Below are positions 35,790 through 44,603 of a DNA stretch of 64,000 nt, piece after piece. Under the pieces are notes generated by a model. It made no database searches, was not told where the DNA came from, and saw nothing but the letters and a program-made list of their open reading frames with translations. Location: the IMG/VR virus record IMGVR_UViG_2932480793_000001, positions 1 to 64,000 of that record; one strand, given 5' to 3'. Source of the stretch: a virus. Taxonomy: Duplodnaviria > Caudoviricetes. A program made the translations under genes and the position numbers. The number at the start of each line of letters is the position of its first letter. Within the stretch, counting starts at the first letter, position 1.

Positions 35790-36314
35790 TCACTTCGGCA
35801 GCTGGTTCCGGTTGTTGGCGATGACGCCGCGGGTGGTGCTGGTGACGGTGCGCTCGTCGTGGTGGACGTTGCCGTGGAAGTGGTTGGTGACCGGGGCCGG
35901 GGCAGCCTCAGCGGCATCCTTGACGCCCTTCATCAGCCCCTTCAGCGCCAGCACGGGCAGGGTGAGGGCGACGGGCACTCCAACGATCCCGCCGCAGATC
36001 CAGGCGATGACCGTCTCGTTAGCGTGTCCGGAGGTCCAGAGGATGAGGCTGACGGCCCCTCCGGCGGCGGCGGTGAGGATGCTGCTGGTGAGGATGGTCG
36101 TGTTGCGGTCGACAGCCCGCTGGCTCATGGCGGCCCGGCCAGGCTGCTCGACGGGCGGCGCCGTACCGACGACGGGAAGCGGGGTGTCGTCGCGGTGGTA
36201 CGTCTTCGCCATCTCCTTAAGGAGGACGGTCTCGACGGCGTCGGCAAGCTTGAGGACTTCGGCACGGTCGGCGGGGTCGGGCTGCCCGGCGACGGGCTGC
36301 TCGGGCAGCTGCAT
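35790..36314 (-). CDS. Spd-like two-TM spread/transfer protein
   Basis: DDTPLPVVGTAPPVEQPGRAAMSQRAVD followed by two TM helices; lies in the traB operon. Confidence 0.6.
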   Translation of the reverse strand: MQLPEQPVAGQPDPADRAEVLKLADAVETVLLKEMAKTYHRDDTPLPVVGTAPPVEQPGRAAMSQRAVDRNTTILTSSILTAAAGGAVSLILWTSGHANETVIAWICGGIVGVPVALTLPVLALKGLMKGVKDAAEAAPAPVTNHFHGNVHHDERTVTSTTRGVIANNRNQLPK

Positions 36315-36347
36315 GAGAGGGCTCCTAGTTGTTGAGGTGGTCTTCAG

Positions 36348-36533
36348 TTACCGGTCGAGCCGTCGAGTCATGACGACGCCGCCGCCGACGACAACGGCGA
36401 GATAGACGACGAGTCCGATGAGCATGCGGGCGGTGCTCGGATCGCCAGGTAGTGCGATGAGAGCGAGGGCGACCAAGCCGAGAACGGCGGGGCCAATGAT
36501 CGACACGAAGTAGAGGGAGTGGTAGCGCTCCAT
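36348..36533 (-). CDS. Small two-TM protein
   Basis: 61 aa, two hydrophobic helices. Confidence 0.65.
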   Translation of the reverse strand: MERYHSLYFVSIIGPAVLGLVALALIALPGDPSTARMLIGLVVYLAVVVGGGVVMTRRLDR

Positions 36534-36541
36534 GGCGGGTC

Positions 36542-37327
36542 CTAGCTGGTTGAGGCGGCAGCGGGTTTACCCGTGCCGCGGCAGATGGGGCAGACGGTGG
36601 TGATGCGCTCGCCGCCGAACGCGGAGTAGAGGGCGCCTTGGCCGCCGCAGCAGTAGCAGAGCCCCTTCTTTTCGGCGGCGGCTGGGGAGAGTGGGGTGTT
36701 CTGGGCTTCCCATTCGGTGTCGGTCATGGACGTGCTGGTGTCGGTCTTCGTGACCGACACACTTGCGGTGACGGGCTTGGGTTCGGTGGCCGGCTGGTCG
36801 ACGGCTTGCCCGTACCAGGCGCCGCCGACGGACTTCCCGCCGTGCTTCTTCTTCTCGTGGTCGCGGAGTGCCTTCGTGGCCTCCTTGGCGTCCCGGAACT
36901 TCGGCTTCTCCTTCTTGCCACAGGGGCAGGTCCAGCCGACGAGCCCGGTGCGCTTGTCGGGGCTGAACCGGGCGGCGAGGGCGACCTTGACCCGGCTGGC
37001 CTTCGCCTTGGTCGGTTTGGCGGGGCAGGGCTTGGATCCGCTGAATGCGCCGGTCTTCTTGTCCTTGGTGAAGATCTGCCCGTTGCCGTGGCAGGTGGGG
37101 CACCCTTCGTGGGTCATGCGGAGGATCGCCGCGTCCTTGCGGGTCATGACGGTGGTCTTGTGGGCGTCCATCTGGGAGGCGGCGATCAGGGCCATGCGCA
37201 TGCCGAGCCGGGCGTGAAGCGGCACCGTTTTCGGAACCTTGAGGCCTTTACCGATGCGGGCGCGCGGGACGGGCTTCCGGCGGCGGGCGACCGGCTTCCG
37301 GGTGGCGGTGGTGGTCTTCGCGGGCAT
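36542..37327 (-). CDS. Basic DnaJ-type Zn-finger protein
   Basis: CPTCHGNG, CPCG, CYCCGGQG, CPICRGTG; Lys/Arg-rich. Confidence 0.75.
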   Translation of the reverse strand: MPAKTTTATRKPVARRRKPVPRARIGKGLKVPKTVPLHARLGMRMALIAASQMDAHKTTVMTRKDAAILRMTHEGCPTCHGNGQIFTKDKKTGAFSGSKPCPAKPTKAKASRVKVALAARFSPDKRTGLVGWTCPCGKKEKPKFRDAKEATKALRDHEKKKHGGKSVGGAWYGQAVDQPATEPKPVTASVSVTKTDTSTSMTDTEWEAQNTPLSPAAAEKKGLCYCCGGQGALYSAFGGERITTVCPICRGTGKPAAASTS

Positions 37328-37371
37328 GATCGGCGGATCCTTCCGGGTGATCGCTTTGCGATGGTTTGCGA

Positions 37372-37526
37372 GGTGCTCACGGGGTGCTCAGTGCTGCTCC
37401 GTTGCAGGTCAGGGCCGCTCAGTCGGCTGCTCACGGGGTGCTCACGATCTTGTTGAGCAGGTGGTTGAGCAGGATGTTGAGCGGCTCTGACCTGCGGTTG
37501 AGCAGTCGTGAGCACCCCTTGAGCAG
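37372..37526. repeat. clt-like mirror-symmetric array of 12 TGCTCA/TGAGCA hexamers
   Basis: TGCTCA-type at 37374, 37385, 37395, 37416, 37428, 37439; TGAGCA-type at 37454, 37466, 37478, 37499, 37509, 37520; directly 3' of traB. Confidence 0.8.
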
Positions 37527-37534
37527 GGGGCAAA

Positions 37535-39553
37535 TCAGGAGATAGCGGTCAACGCTTCGAGCTTGTAGCCGCGCGGATTCTTCATCCCGTCCAGCGCCCC
37601 GAGGGTGACCGCCGACCCCGCCCCGGCGTCACGCAGCAGGCCTTGCAGATCACCGACCTCCAACAGCCCGTAGACCTCCGGGTCATGCCGCTTGAGGGCG
37701 TCGGCGAGGACCTCGCTACGCATCCGGTCGACCTCGGCGTTCGCCATCACCGCGATGGCGTCCGCGACCACCTGACTGCCGGTTACGACCCGCTCGCTCC
37801 CCCCGTCGGCCAGGTGCAGAAGCCCGGCGGCAGCAAGGGTGTCCCGATCGAACCACGGGCGGCCCGCGGCCTTGCGGTCGGCGACGGCCTGCTTGATCCC
37901 GTTGTTGCTGTGCTCGTTCCACCCATACAGCAGCGGGCGGGTGAGGCCGGGGCCCTTGATGTACGACTGGCCGGCGTCGTTCTTGAGCTCCTTCGTCTGG
38001 GCCGGGACGAGCCGGTCGGGGCGGAACCCTTCGGCGATCGCGCCGCGCCCCAGGACGAGGGGGATGTCGTCCCAGCGGGCGGCGAGCATGATGCTCAACG
38101 TGAACGTGTCGGCGATGGCGTCGCCCATGGCGTCGGAAGTGGCGTCCTGCCCGGCGGCGATGGGGTAGATCCCGGACTGCTTACCGAGGCGGATCAGCTC
38201 GATGAAGGACTCCTTGGCCTTGGGGCTGAGGTAGATGAACTCGTCGGCGAACACGAAGATCGCGGGACGTTCGCGGGTGGCGATCCAGGTGTCGCCCATG
38301 TTCAGCCGGTTCCGCACCGTCTGGCGGGCGCGGGCCATCTTGACGAGGTTGTCGAGCCACTTCTCGCAGTCCTTGTTGCCGCGGATCGGAGGAGCGGCCA
38401 TGACCCCTTCGAACTCGCGAAGCCCGTCCTTGACCGGGTCCATCTCGATGGCGATGGCGTTGTGGCAGGCGGTGATGACCTCGGCGAGGTCACGGAGGAC
38501 ACCGGTAGTCTTCGCCGCCCCGGACACTCCGATCGCGAGAATGCGGAGGCCTTCGAGGACGAGGGTGAGGGGGCTGCCGTCCATGCACCGGCCGAACGTG
38601 TGGGGGTCGGAGATGTCCAGGGAGTTCGGGGCGTGGGGGGTGGGCTTGGGCATGTTGTCGAACGGGTTGGCCTGCACGAGTCGCAGCACGAGGTGCGCGG
38701 ATTCTTGCGGGTCGGGGTCGATGAGGGTGCCGCCCTGCTTGATGTTGAAGTGGGCGTCGAGTTCTTTGACCGAGGCGTTGACCTTGCCGACGGTGGACCC
38801 CTTGAGGACGACGTCGACTTCCCAGCCCCACGCCTGGTGGCTGATGACGCGGACGGTGCGGGTGCCGATATTCTCGGCGGCCAGGGCGCGGGACACGCAC
38901 TCTTCGACGCGTTCACCGTCCACGCAGTAGGACAGGGGGAAGGGCTCGTCGCTGTTCGGGTCGTCGTACTCGGCGACAACGTCGTCGGTGCCGATCGCGG
39001 GCGCGTTGAGCCGGTACCGGCCGTAGAGGGCGGTGGCGGTGGCCGCTATGGCCGCAGTGATGGCTGGGGGGATCATCCACGAGTAGTCGAGGGCGGTCAT
39101 GCCTGCGCCGGCGACGAGGGCGATCCATCCGGCGACGTTGAGGGCGGCGGTGACGCCGGCTGCGTAGCCGAGGAACCGCCACCGGGACCGGCGGACTTGC
39201 TGGACCTTATTCCAGTCGGCGGACTTGTTCATCCCGCCGAGGACTTCCTGAAGGTCCCGGGCACGAACGTACCGGTAGCCGAGGTACGTCCCGGCTTTGA
39301 GCCCGGCCCAGAACCACCCGCCGGCGACGAGGGATCCGTAGGCGGTGAGGCCGACGGCCCGCCCGGTGACGGAGGCGACAACCATGGCCGCCGACCCGGC
39401 CTTCGACAGGACCGGGGTGCGGTCCGGGAACGGGATCAGAACCCCGGGGGCGATGTCGTCGACGGTGCCGTCAGCGTTGTGGATGAGCTGCCCGGGGATG
39501 ACGTGCTCGGTCCACTCGGCGGGGACGGTCAGCGGCTCGGCTTCGGTGCTCAC
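37535..39553 (-). CDS. traB: TraB-type FtsK/SpoIIIE conjugative DNA translocase
   Basis: N-terminal TM helices, Walker A GVSGAAKT, Walker B IFVFADE, RLGKQSGI, and a C-terminal winged-helix-like domain ending NPRGY. Confidence 0.8.
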   Translation of the reverse strand: MSTEAEPLTVPAEWTEHVIPGQLIHNADGTVDDIAPGVLIPFPDRTPVLSKAGSAAMVVASVTGRAVGLTAYGSLVAGGWFWAGLKAGTYLGYRYVRARDLQEVLGGMNKSADWNKVQQVRRSRWRFLGYAAGVTAALNVAGWIALVAGAGMTALDYSWMIPPAITAAIAATATALYGRYRLNAPAIGTDDVVAEYDDPNSDEPFPLSYCVDGERVEECVSRALAAENIGTRTVRVISHQAWGWEVDVVLKGSTVGKVNASVKELDAHFNIKQGGTLIDPDPQESAHLVLRLVQANPFDNMPKPTPHAPNSLDISDPHTFGRCMDGSPLTLVLEGLRILAIGVSGAAKTTGVLRDLAEVITACHNAIAIEMDPVKDGLREFEGVMAAPPIRGNKDCEKWLDNLVKMARARQTVRNRLNMGDTWIATRERPAIFVFADEFIYLSPKAKESFIELIRLGKQSGIYPIAAGQDATSDAMGDAIADTFTLSIMLAARWDDIPLVLGRGAIAEGFRPDRLVPAQTKELKNDAGQSYIKGPGLTRPLLYGWNEHSNNGIKQAVADRKAAGRPWFDRDTLAAAGLLHLADGGSERVVTGSQVVADAIAVMANAEVDRMRSEVLADALKRHDPEVYGLLEVGDLQGLLRDAGAGSAVTLGALDGMKNPRGYKLEALTAIS

Positions 39554-40848
39554 TTCTGCTCCTCGGTGGAGGTCCGTTCGATGCGTGCCTGGTTGCGTGC
39601 GAGGGGGCTGGGGGGCGGTGCGTCACCGGCCCGGCGGCGGGGCGGCACTCCCCCGTTTCCGCGGCGCCCGTCGGGGGTGTTCGGGTCCTTCTTCGGCTTG
39701 GGGGGTCGATGGGAATTGATCAGCGAAAACTCTCCGAAAACCGGGGTCTTCGTAGCGGCCTGCATCCGGGCCTCTGCACCGCGTGACTGCGCCTCGATTT
39801 CGGGGGTGATCCCGACGGTCTTCGAGCCGGTGACACGACCCCACGCCTCGGTCCAGATCTGCTCGGTGACGTACTGCGAGCCGCGTGCCGAGCGGATCGC
39901 TTCGGCGACCTCCCACACCTTCGGGTGGCCGCTCTTCCGGTCGGCGTCGCGCCTCTTCTGCTCTTCCTTCGCGCGGGACTCGGCGAGCTGCCGGTCGGCC
40001 TCTGCCGCGTGCTCCGCGTCGCGCTGTGCCTGCTGCTCCTTCTTGAGCGCGGCGGCGGCTTCGGACTGGGCCCGCGCAACGGCGCGGCGTTCCCGCCAGG
40101 AGGGGATGCCGTCGGCCTTCTGCGCCATGCCGTGCTCGTAGGCCATGAGGACGAGCGGCCCGCCGAGGGATGCGATGGCACCGATGAGGCCGGCGTTCAG
40201 GCCGATGCGTTCGTCGGAGATCCCGCCGTGGAGGTTGACGACCGCGGCGATGACCGCGCCGACCATGATCCCGATGCGGTAGGGGGCGACGTCTCGCCGG
40301 TTGGCGACCGCCCATGCGGCACCGAACGCGAGGACGAGGGCAAAGCCTTCGAGGAGGGCGGGAGCGGCGACGAGGAAGGGGTGCTCGGGATCCCAGAAGT
40401 GCATGAACTGAACCGGCCCAGCAATGATCATTCCGATGGCGTAGATGGCGCGGGCGCCCCACTTCCACCAGAGCTCGGATCGCACCTGCTCCGCCTCCCG
40501 CTTGGCCTCTGCAGCCTCACGGTCGGCTTCGGCCCTCTCCGCCTTCTCCTTCTCGGCGTTCGCCTTGGCGGTTTCGGCAGCCTTCTTGGCGACGTAGTTG
40601 TCGTGGTCGACCTGCTTGCGTTCCTGGGTCAGCCGGGCGCGCTCGTTCGCGATGCGGAGCTTCTCGGCCTCCTCGGCGGCAAGGGTGCGGGCCGCGTCGG
40701 CTTCACCCTTGGCCTTGACGCGCAGGGCTTCGGCTTGGGCTTCGGCCCTGATGCGAACGGCGTCCGCCTCGGCGAGCGCAACCGGGTCGAACCGGGGCTC
40801 GGAGGTGGGCCGCTTGTGGCCGTTCACCTGGGGCGGGCTGGTCGTCAC
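39550..40848 (-). CDS. SpdB2/DUF2637-like four-TM coiled-coil transfer protein
   Basis: Coiled coil, four TM helices, coiled coil; GTGA-coupled to traB. Confidence 0.7.
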   Translation of the reverse strand: MTTSPPQVNGHKRPTSEPRFDPVALAEADAVRIRAEAQAEALRVKAKGEADAARTLAAEEAEKLRIANERARLTQERKQVDHDNYVAKKAAETAKANAEKEKAERAEADREAAEAKREAEQVRSELWWKWGARAIYAIGMIIAGPVQFMHFWDPEHPFLVAAPALLEGFALVLAFGAAWAVANRRDVAPYRIGIMVGAVIAAVVNLHGGISDERIGLNAGLIGAIASLGGPLVLMAYEHGMAQKADGIPSWRERRAVARAQSEAAAALKKEQQAQRDAEHAAEADRQLAESRAKEEQKRRDADRKSGHPKVWEVAEAIRSARGSQYVTEQIWTEAWGRVTGSKTVGITPEIEAQSRGAEARMQAATKTPVFGEFSLINSHRPPKPKKDPNTPDGRRGNGGVPPRRRAGDAPPPSPLARNQARIERTSTEEQK

Positions 40849-40869
40849 GGCGGTCGGTGTCCTTTCGGG

Positions 40870-41271
40870 TCAGGCGTTGCGGGTGGGGGTGATGCCCTTG
40901 AGCCACGTCTCGACGTCGGCGGCAAACCCGCCGCCATCCGCCGGCTCGTCCGGCTCGGTGTCGTCGTCTTCGTCGTCGGGGCCGTCGCCGCAGCACTGGC
41001 ACTCCAGGTCCGACCAGAGCCGGCCCGACTGCCACAGCCCGTGCGCGAGGGCTCCGATCACGTCGAGCACCCAGGACGGCCCGGCCACGAGTACCGCGGC
41101 GGCGAACAGATGGTGGCCGCCAGGGATCACAGTCGATACGGCAGCTGCGGCGGCGATAAAGCCGGCGCTCGTCCACCGGTGGTGCCCCCGGTTCAGGAGC
41201 ACCATCCGCGGATGAGAGACGATGTCTCGCCCCAGGCAGATGAGGTCGGCGACGGGGCGAGGCAGGTTCAC
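40870..41271 (-). CDS. Membrane protein with C-terminal CxCC
   Basis: GTGA overlap; two hydrophobic segments; LECQCCGDG. Confidence 0.6.
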   Translation of the reverse strand: MNLPRPVADLICLGRDIVSHPRMVLLNRGHHRWTSAGFIAAAAAVSTVIPGGHHLFAAAVLVAGPSWVLDVIGALAHGLWQSGRLWSDLECQCCGDGPDDEDDDTEPDEPADGGGFAADVETWLKGITPTRNA

Positions 41272-41576
41272 GAGGGGCTCCCAGCAGTAGCGTGTTGGCG
41301 GGCGCGGTGGAACTCGCGGACGAACTCGTCGGTGATACCGGCCCCGACGAACCCGCTGACCGGGGGCCGGCCCAAGCGTTGGGCGGCCCACAGTTCGAGG
41401 AAAATCAGGCGGGTGGCCAGGTAGTTGACGACCGGACGGACGCAGCGGACGGTCAGGACCACCGCGCCCAGCACGGCCATCACCAGCAGGGCCAGGAGTC
41501 GGAGAGTCCACACCCGCACCCAGGAGGTTGCGCGCCGGAACCAGCCGGGCTTCGCGGTGATCAGGTACGGATGCAC
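41268..41576 (-). CDS. Small membrane protein
   Basis: GGAGG RBS; one TM helix. Confidence 0.65.
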   Translation of the reverse strand: MHPYLITAKPGWFRRATSWVRVWTLRLLALLVMAVLGAVVLTVRCVRPVVNYLATRLIFLELWAAQRLGRPPVSGFVGAGITDEFVREFHRARQHATAGSPS

Positions 41577-41585
41577 ACGAACCTC

Positions 41586-41786
41586 CTATCGCCTGGTGCC
41601 GCCGTGCCACCAGGACACCCGCGCTGCGGCGTCGTTCGCGGCGGCATTCAGCCGCTGGTAGTCGGGGGTCTCGTCGAAGATTCCGGCCCGGCTCTCCCAG
41701 TCGGTGTTGTCGTTGAGGGCCTGATCGGCGGCCTTCATGTCGGCAATGGCCTGCTTCTCTTCGACGGACTTACGGAACAGCCCCAT
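41586..41786 (-). CDS. Small hypothetical protein
   Basis: GAGGAGG RBS; MGLFRKS...ETPDYQRLN...VSWW. Confidence 0.7.
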   Translation of the reverse strand: MGLFRKSVEEKQAIADMKAADQALNDNTDWESRAGIFDETPDYQRLNAAANDAAARVSWWHGGTRR

Positions 41787-41880
41787 GCGGGCCTCCTCGG
41801 TTGGGTGTTGGGTCCGGGTGGCTCCCGGGCCACTCCGCCGCCACCAACACGGGGTTGGGGGCGACAGGGCAGGCCGGGGG

Positions 41881-42183
41881 TCAGGCGGCAGCCGGCGTCG
41901 ACAGGCCGTCCAACTCGTCGAGCTCATCCAGCAGCCGCGGGCCGAACGGCTGTCCCGCGTCGTGCTCGGCCGCCAGGGTCCGCAGCCAGTGCTGGGTGCC
42001 GTAGTCACTGCGGGCCGCCACATACCGGGTGACGATCTCCCCCGGCGACAGGCCCTCCGCCTCCTCCCACGTCACCTGCACGTCGGAGGTGAGGAGCGCC
42101 GCCCGCAGGTTGTGGATCTCGGCGGACACGGTGGCGAGGTCGCCGGAGAACAGGTCGGTCACGGTGGAAACGAACGGAGACAT
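41881..42183 (-). CDS. Hypothetical protein
   Basis: 100-aa ORF with GC3 bias in the leftward operon. Confidence 0.65.
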   Translation of the reverse strand: MSPFVSTVTDLFSGDLATVSAEIHNLRAALLTSDVQVTWEEAEGLSPGEIVTRYVAARSDYGTQHWLRTLAAEHDAGQPFGPRLLDELDELDGLSTPAAA

Positions 42184-42370
42184 GGAGGTGCCCTTCGGTT
42201 GGGTGGTGGGGTGAAAGAAGAGGTGGGGGTGGGAAGCCGCTCCCGCCCGGGACGGGGGTCGGACACCGGGCAGGAGCGGCGGACTAGGGGGTGCTACTTG
42301 CCGCTGTTGTTGCGGCTGCGCCGGTTGGCATCGGCGACCTTGCGGGAGAGCGCCTCGCGCTCAGCCTCAG

Positions 42371-42568
42371 TCACGGCCGCCAGCCCTCAGAGGGCTGAAC
42401 AGCATGGGCGGCGGCCGTCTCGAACGCCGCCCGGGCGGACTCCTGGTACAGGTGGAGCGAGCCGGCCGACGGGTGGTCGGGAGTGGTCGTAATTTCCTGG
42501 GCGCGGGCTGCGAGACCCTCGGCCCGGTGCTGCTCGTCGAACGCGAACGCCGGAGCCAGCACGATCAC
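42371..42568 (-). CDS. Small hypothetical protein
   Basis: GTGA-coupled to 42565-42732. Confidence 0.5.
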   Translation of the reverse strand: MIVLAPAFAFDEQHRAEGLAARAQEITTTPDHPSAGSLHLYQESARAAFETAAAHAVQPSEGWRP

Positions 42569-42732
42569 CACCCCCGCTGCGCAATGAACCGGCGGCGAGC
42601 AGCCGGTTCCGCGGGCGGAGTCGGAGAGTCCTGGGAGACCTGGGCCGGGCGGCGGACGTGGGACGCTGCTCGGTGCGCAGCCTCATCCGCCGGAGAGAGC
42701 TCGTTCGGTGCGGTGGGGGTCAGAGCCTTCAT
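42565..42732 (-). CDS. Small hypothetical protein
   Basis: GGAGG RBS; MKALTPTAPNELSP...RRRFIAQRGW. Confidence 0.5.
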   Translation of the reverse strand: MKALTPTAPNELSPADEAAHRAASHVRRPAQVSQDSPTPPAEPAARRRFIAQRGW

Positions 42733-42734
42733 GG

Positions 42735-42965
42735 TCAAGCCACCTCCGTGGGGGCAACGAGGGAGTCGTCGAAGTACGCCGTCACGGCGGCCTCCGGGAT
42801 GCGGATTGCTCCCCCACGCCTGACGTCTCCGTCCGGACGGGGCTTCCCGTATCGGACGGCGGGCAGGTCCCCGCTTGCGATCCAGCGGTAGATCGTCGGC
42901 TTGGAGACGCGCAGCACTGCTGCGGCCTCTTGCACGGTCAGCAGTTTCGGGCTGGCAGGCAGCAT
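42735..42965 (-). CDS. Excisionase-family HTH protein
   Basis: LLTVQEAAAVLRVSKPTIYRWIASGDLPAVR...IRIP. Confidence 0.85.
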   Translation of the reverse strand: MLPASPKLLTVQEAAAVLRVSKPTIYRWIASGDLPAVRYGKPRPDGDVRRGGAIRIPEAAVTAYFDDSLVAPTEVA

Positions 42966-43009
42966 TCGGCGCTCCAATCCAGGAGTAGGGGGTGGTCGGG
43001 CTTGCTTCT

Positions 43010-43040
43010 CAACTGTAGGTGGAGTCTTGAGAGGTCGCAA
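43010..43040 (-). promoter_or_regulatory. Promoter of the xis-spd-traB operon
   Basis: TTGCGA-N17-TACAGT on the minus strand; near-copy at 44534-44564. Confidence 0.65.
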
Positions 43041-43154
43041 GCTTCTCGCCCGCCCGGAGCGGTCTCATCTGCCCACGGCCCTGCACTGAGCTGGGCTTAT
43101 GGTGGATAAATTGATAGATCCCTCAAGAGGTGTCTTGAACTGGAGGAGTCGCGA

Positions 43155-43688
43155 GTGACTGAAGGGCAGTGGAGCGGTTCGTCAACGCCCTACCTGGGCG
43201 CTGATCAGGGAGACGTCTGGGGGAAGGAGGCCGCCGCGAAGGGCAAGCTGGGCACCCAGCGACTCCTCGGCGTGGGGCGTCAGATCCCAAACGGCGACAT
43301 TGCTCGGCACTTGCAAGTCCAGGCTGGCGGGGAAGTCGTCGAGCGGCAGCGGCTGATCCTGCTGGACGAGGAACCAGTCGAGATCGCGACGTCCTACTGG
43401 CCTGTCATCCTCGCGGGCGACACGCCGCTAGCTCGCCCCGCCAAGATCCGGGGCGGCGCGGTCTCGCTCCTGGCATCCCTCGGGTACACGCCAGGCAGCA
43501 TCGACGAAGAGATCGCAACGAGGCCCCCCACTGGCAGCGAAGCTGAAGCCCTCGGGCTCACCGCAGGGGAATGGGTACTCATCCTCACCCGCATCATCCG
43601 TGCCGCTACCGGGGAGCCCTACGAGGTCTCAGTCATGGTCAGCCCCGGCCGCATTGGGCGGCTCCACTACTCGATGAAGGTTGGCTGA
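43155..43688 (+). CDS. Stand-alone UTRA domain protein
   Basis: VVERQRLILLDEEPVEIATSYWP...KIRGG...EEIATRPPT...EPYEV; no N-terminal HTH. Confidence 0.8.
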   Translation: MTEGQWSGSSTPYLGADQGDVWGKEAAAKGKLGTQRLLGVGRQIPNGDIARHLQVQAGGEVVERQRLILLDEEPVEIATSYWPVILAGDTPLARPAKIRGGAVSLLASLGYTPGSIDEEIATRPPTGSEAEALGLTAGEWVLILTRIIRAATGEPYEVSVMVSPGRIGRLHYSMKVG

Positions 43689-43689
43689 C

Positions 43690-44463
43690 ATGACGAAAGA
43701 ACTCGACGAAGAGAGCGTCTGGCCCGTCCAGGACCAGATCGCCTCCTACCTACGCGAGAGAATCCTCGACGGCGACATCGAACCGGACGGCAGAGTGCCA
43801 TCGAGCCGCCAGCTGTACGAGCTGTTCGGCGCGGCAGCCCAGACCATCAAGAACGCCGTGGCGATCCTGGAGAAGGAAGGGCTCGTCTATACGAAGCGCG
43901 GCTCTGGGGTCTACGCCAGGCAGCACCGCCAGCGCACGATGACGCCGGCCGAGTTCAAGAATCCGCCGACGGACGGCGGCAAGTACCAGTGGATCAGCGC
44001 CGCCGAACGCAAAGGCATGTCGGCACGGTCAGAGCTCTTGGACGTCGAGGAGGTGGAGCCCCCCGCCCTGGTGCGTAATGCACTAAACCTCGGCGACGGC
44101 GAGAAGGCGATCTTGCGGCGCCAAGTCCTTCACCTGACAGAGGGAGGACGCGACGAGCCATGCGAACTGGTTGAGGTCTACATCCCTCTGACGTTGGCCG
44201 AGGGGACGCCGATCGCTGAAGCACGCAAGATCAAGGGGGGTACTGGCCGAGTCCTCCTGGAGGCCGGACTCCCGCCTCTTCGGTGCGTTGACAAGGTGGC
44301 GGCGCGCTGGCCAACACCTCGTCAGGCGAGGGCGCTTCGGATGCCCACGAAGCTGCCCGTACTGCGTCAGTTCCGGGTGACGTACAGCGTGAACGACCGC
44401 CCCATCCAGGCCGAGTTCATGGTCAAGGCAGGCCACCTCTATGAGCTGGAGTACGACTTCTAG
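43690..44463 (+). CDS. GntR/HutC-family repressor (KorSA/TraR-like)
   Basis: QIASYLRERILDG...VPSSRQL...EGLVYTKRGSGVY plus UTRA; divergent from the tra operon. Confidence 0.9.
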   Translation: MTKELDEESVWPVQDQIASYLRERILDGDIEPDGRVPSSRQLYELFGAAAQTIKNAVAILEKEGLVYTKRGSGVYARQHRQRTMTPAEFKNPPTDGGKYQWISAAERKGMSARSELLDVEEVEPPALVRNALNLGDGEKAILRRQVLHLTEGGRDEPCELVEVYIPLTLAEGTPIAEARKIKGGTGRVLLEAGLPPLRCVDKVAARWPTPRQARALRMPTKLPVLRQFRVTYSVNDRPIQAEFMVKAGHLYELEYDF

Positions 44464-44475
44464 ACCGGCATCCCG

Positions 44476-44511
44476 ACGGGAGCCCCGGCGTGCATTCGCC
44501 GGGGCTCCCGT
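44476..44511 (+). terminator. Hairpin terminator
   Basis: ACGGGAGCCCCGGCG-N6-CGCCGGGGCTCCCGT, perfect 15-bp stem. Confidence 0.75.
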
Positions 44512-44533
44512 GCGTCCGAGACAAACGAGAGGA

Positions 44534-44564
44534 TTGCAACTTCTCAACGACCCTCCTACAGTTG
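44534..44564 (+). promoter_or_regulatory. Promoter of the GIY-YIG-GntR gene
   Basis: TTGCAA-N17-TACAGT. Confidence 0.65.
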
Positions 44565-44603
44565 CTCTCGTGAGTTGCCCCCGCACACTTAGTTAGGAGC
44601 GGC

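Noticed and set aside
37372-37526. Repeat array as a possible CRISPR
   Set aside because: Units are 6-8 bp at ~11-bp period, with no spacers and no cas genes.
42371-42732. Possible single gene split at a G5 run
   Set aside because: Equally explained as two genes with a normal GTGA overlap.
42735-42965. Xis-like gene as evidence of a nearby integration module
   Set aside because: No tyrosine or serine recombinase, tRNA or att duplication was found in the window.
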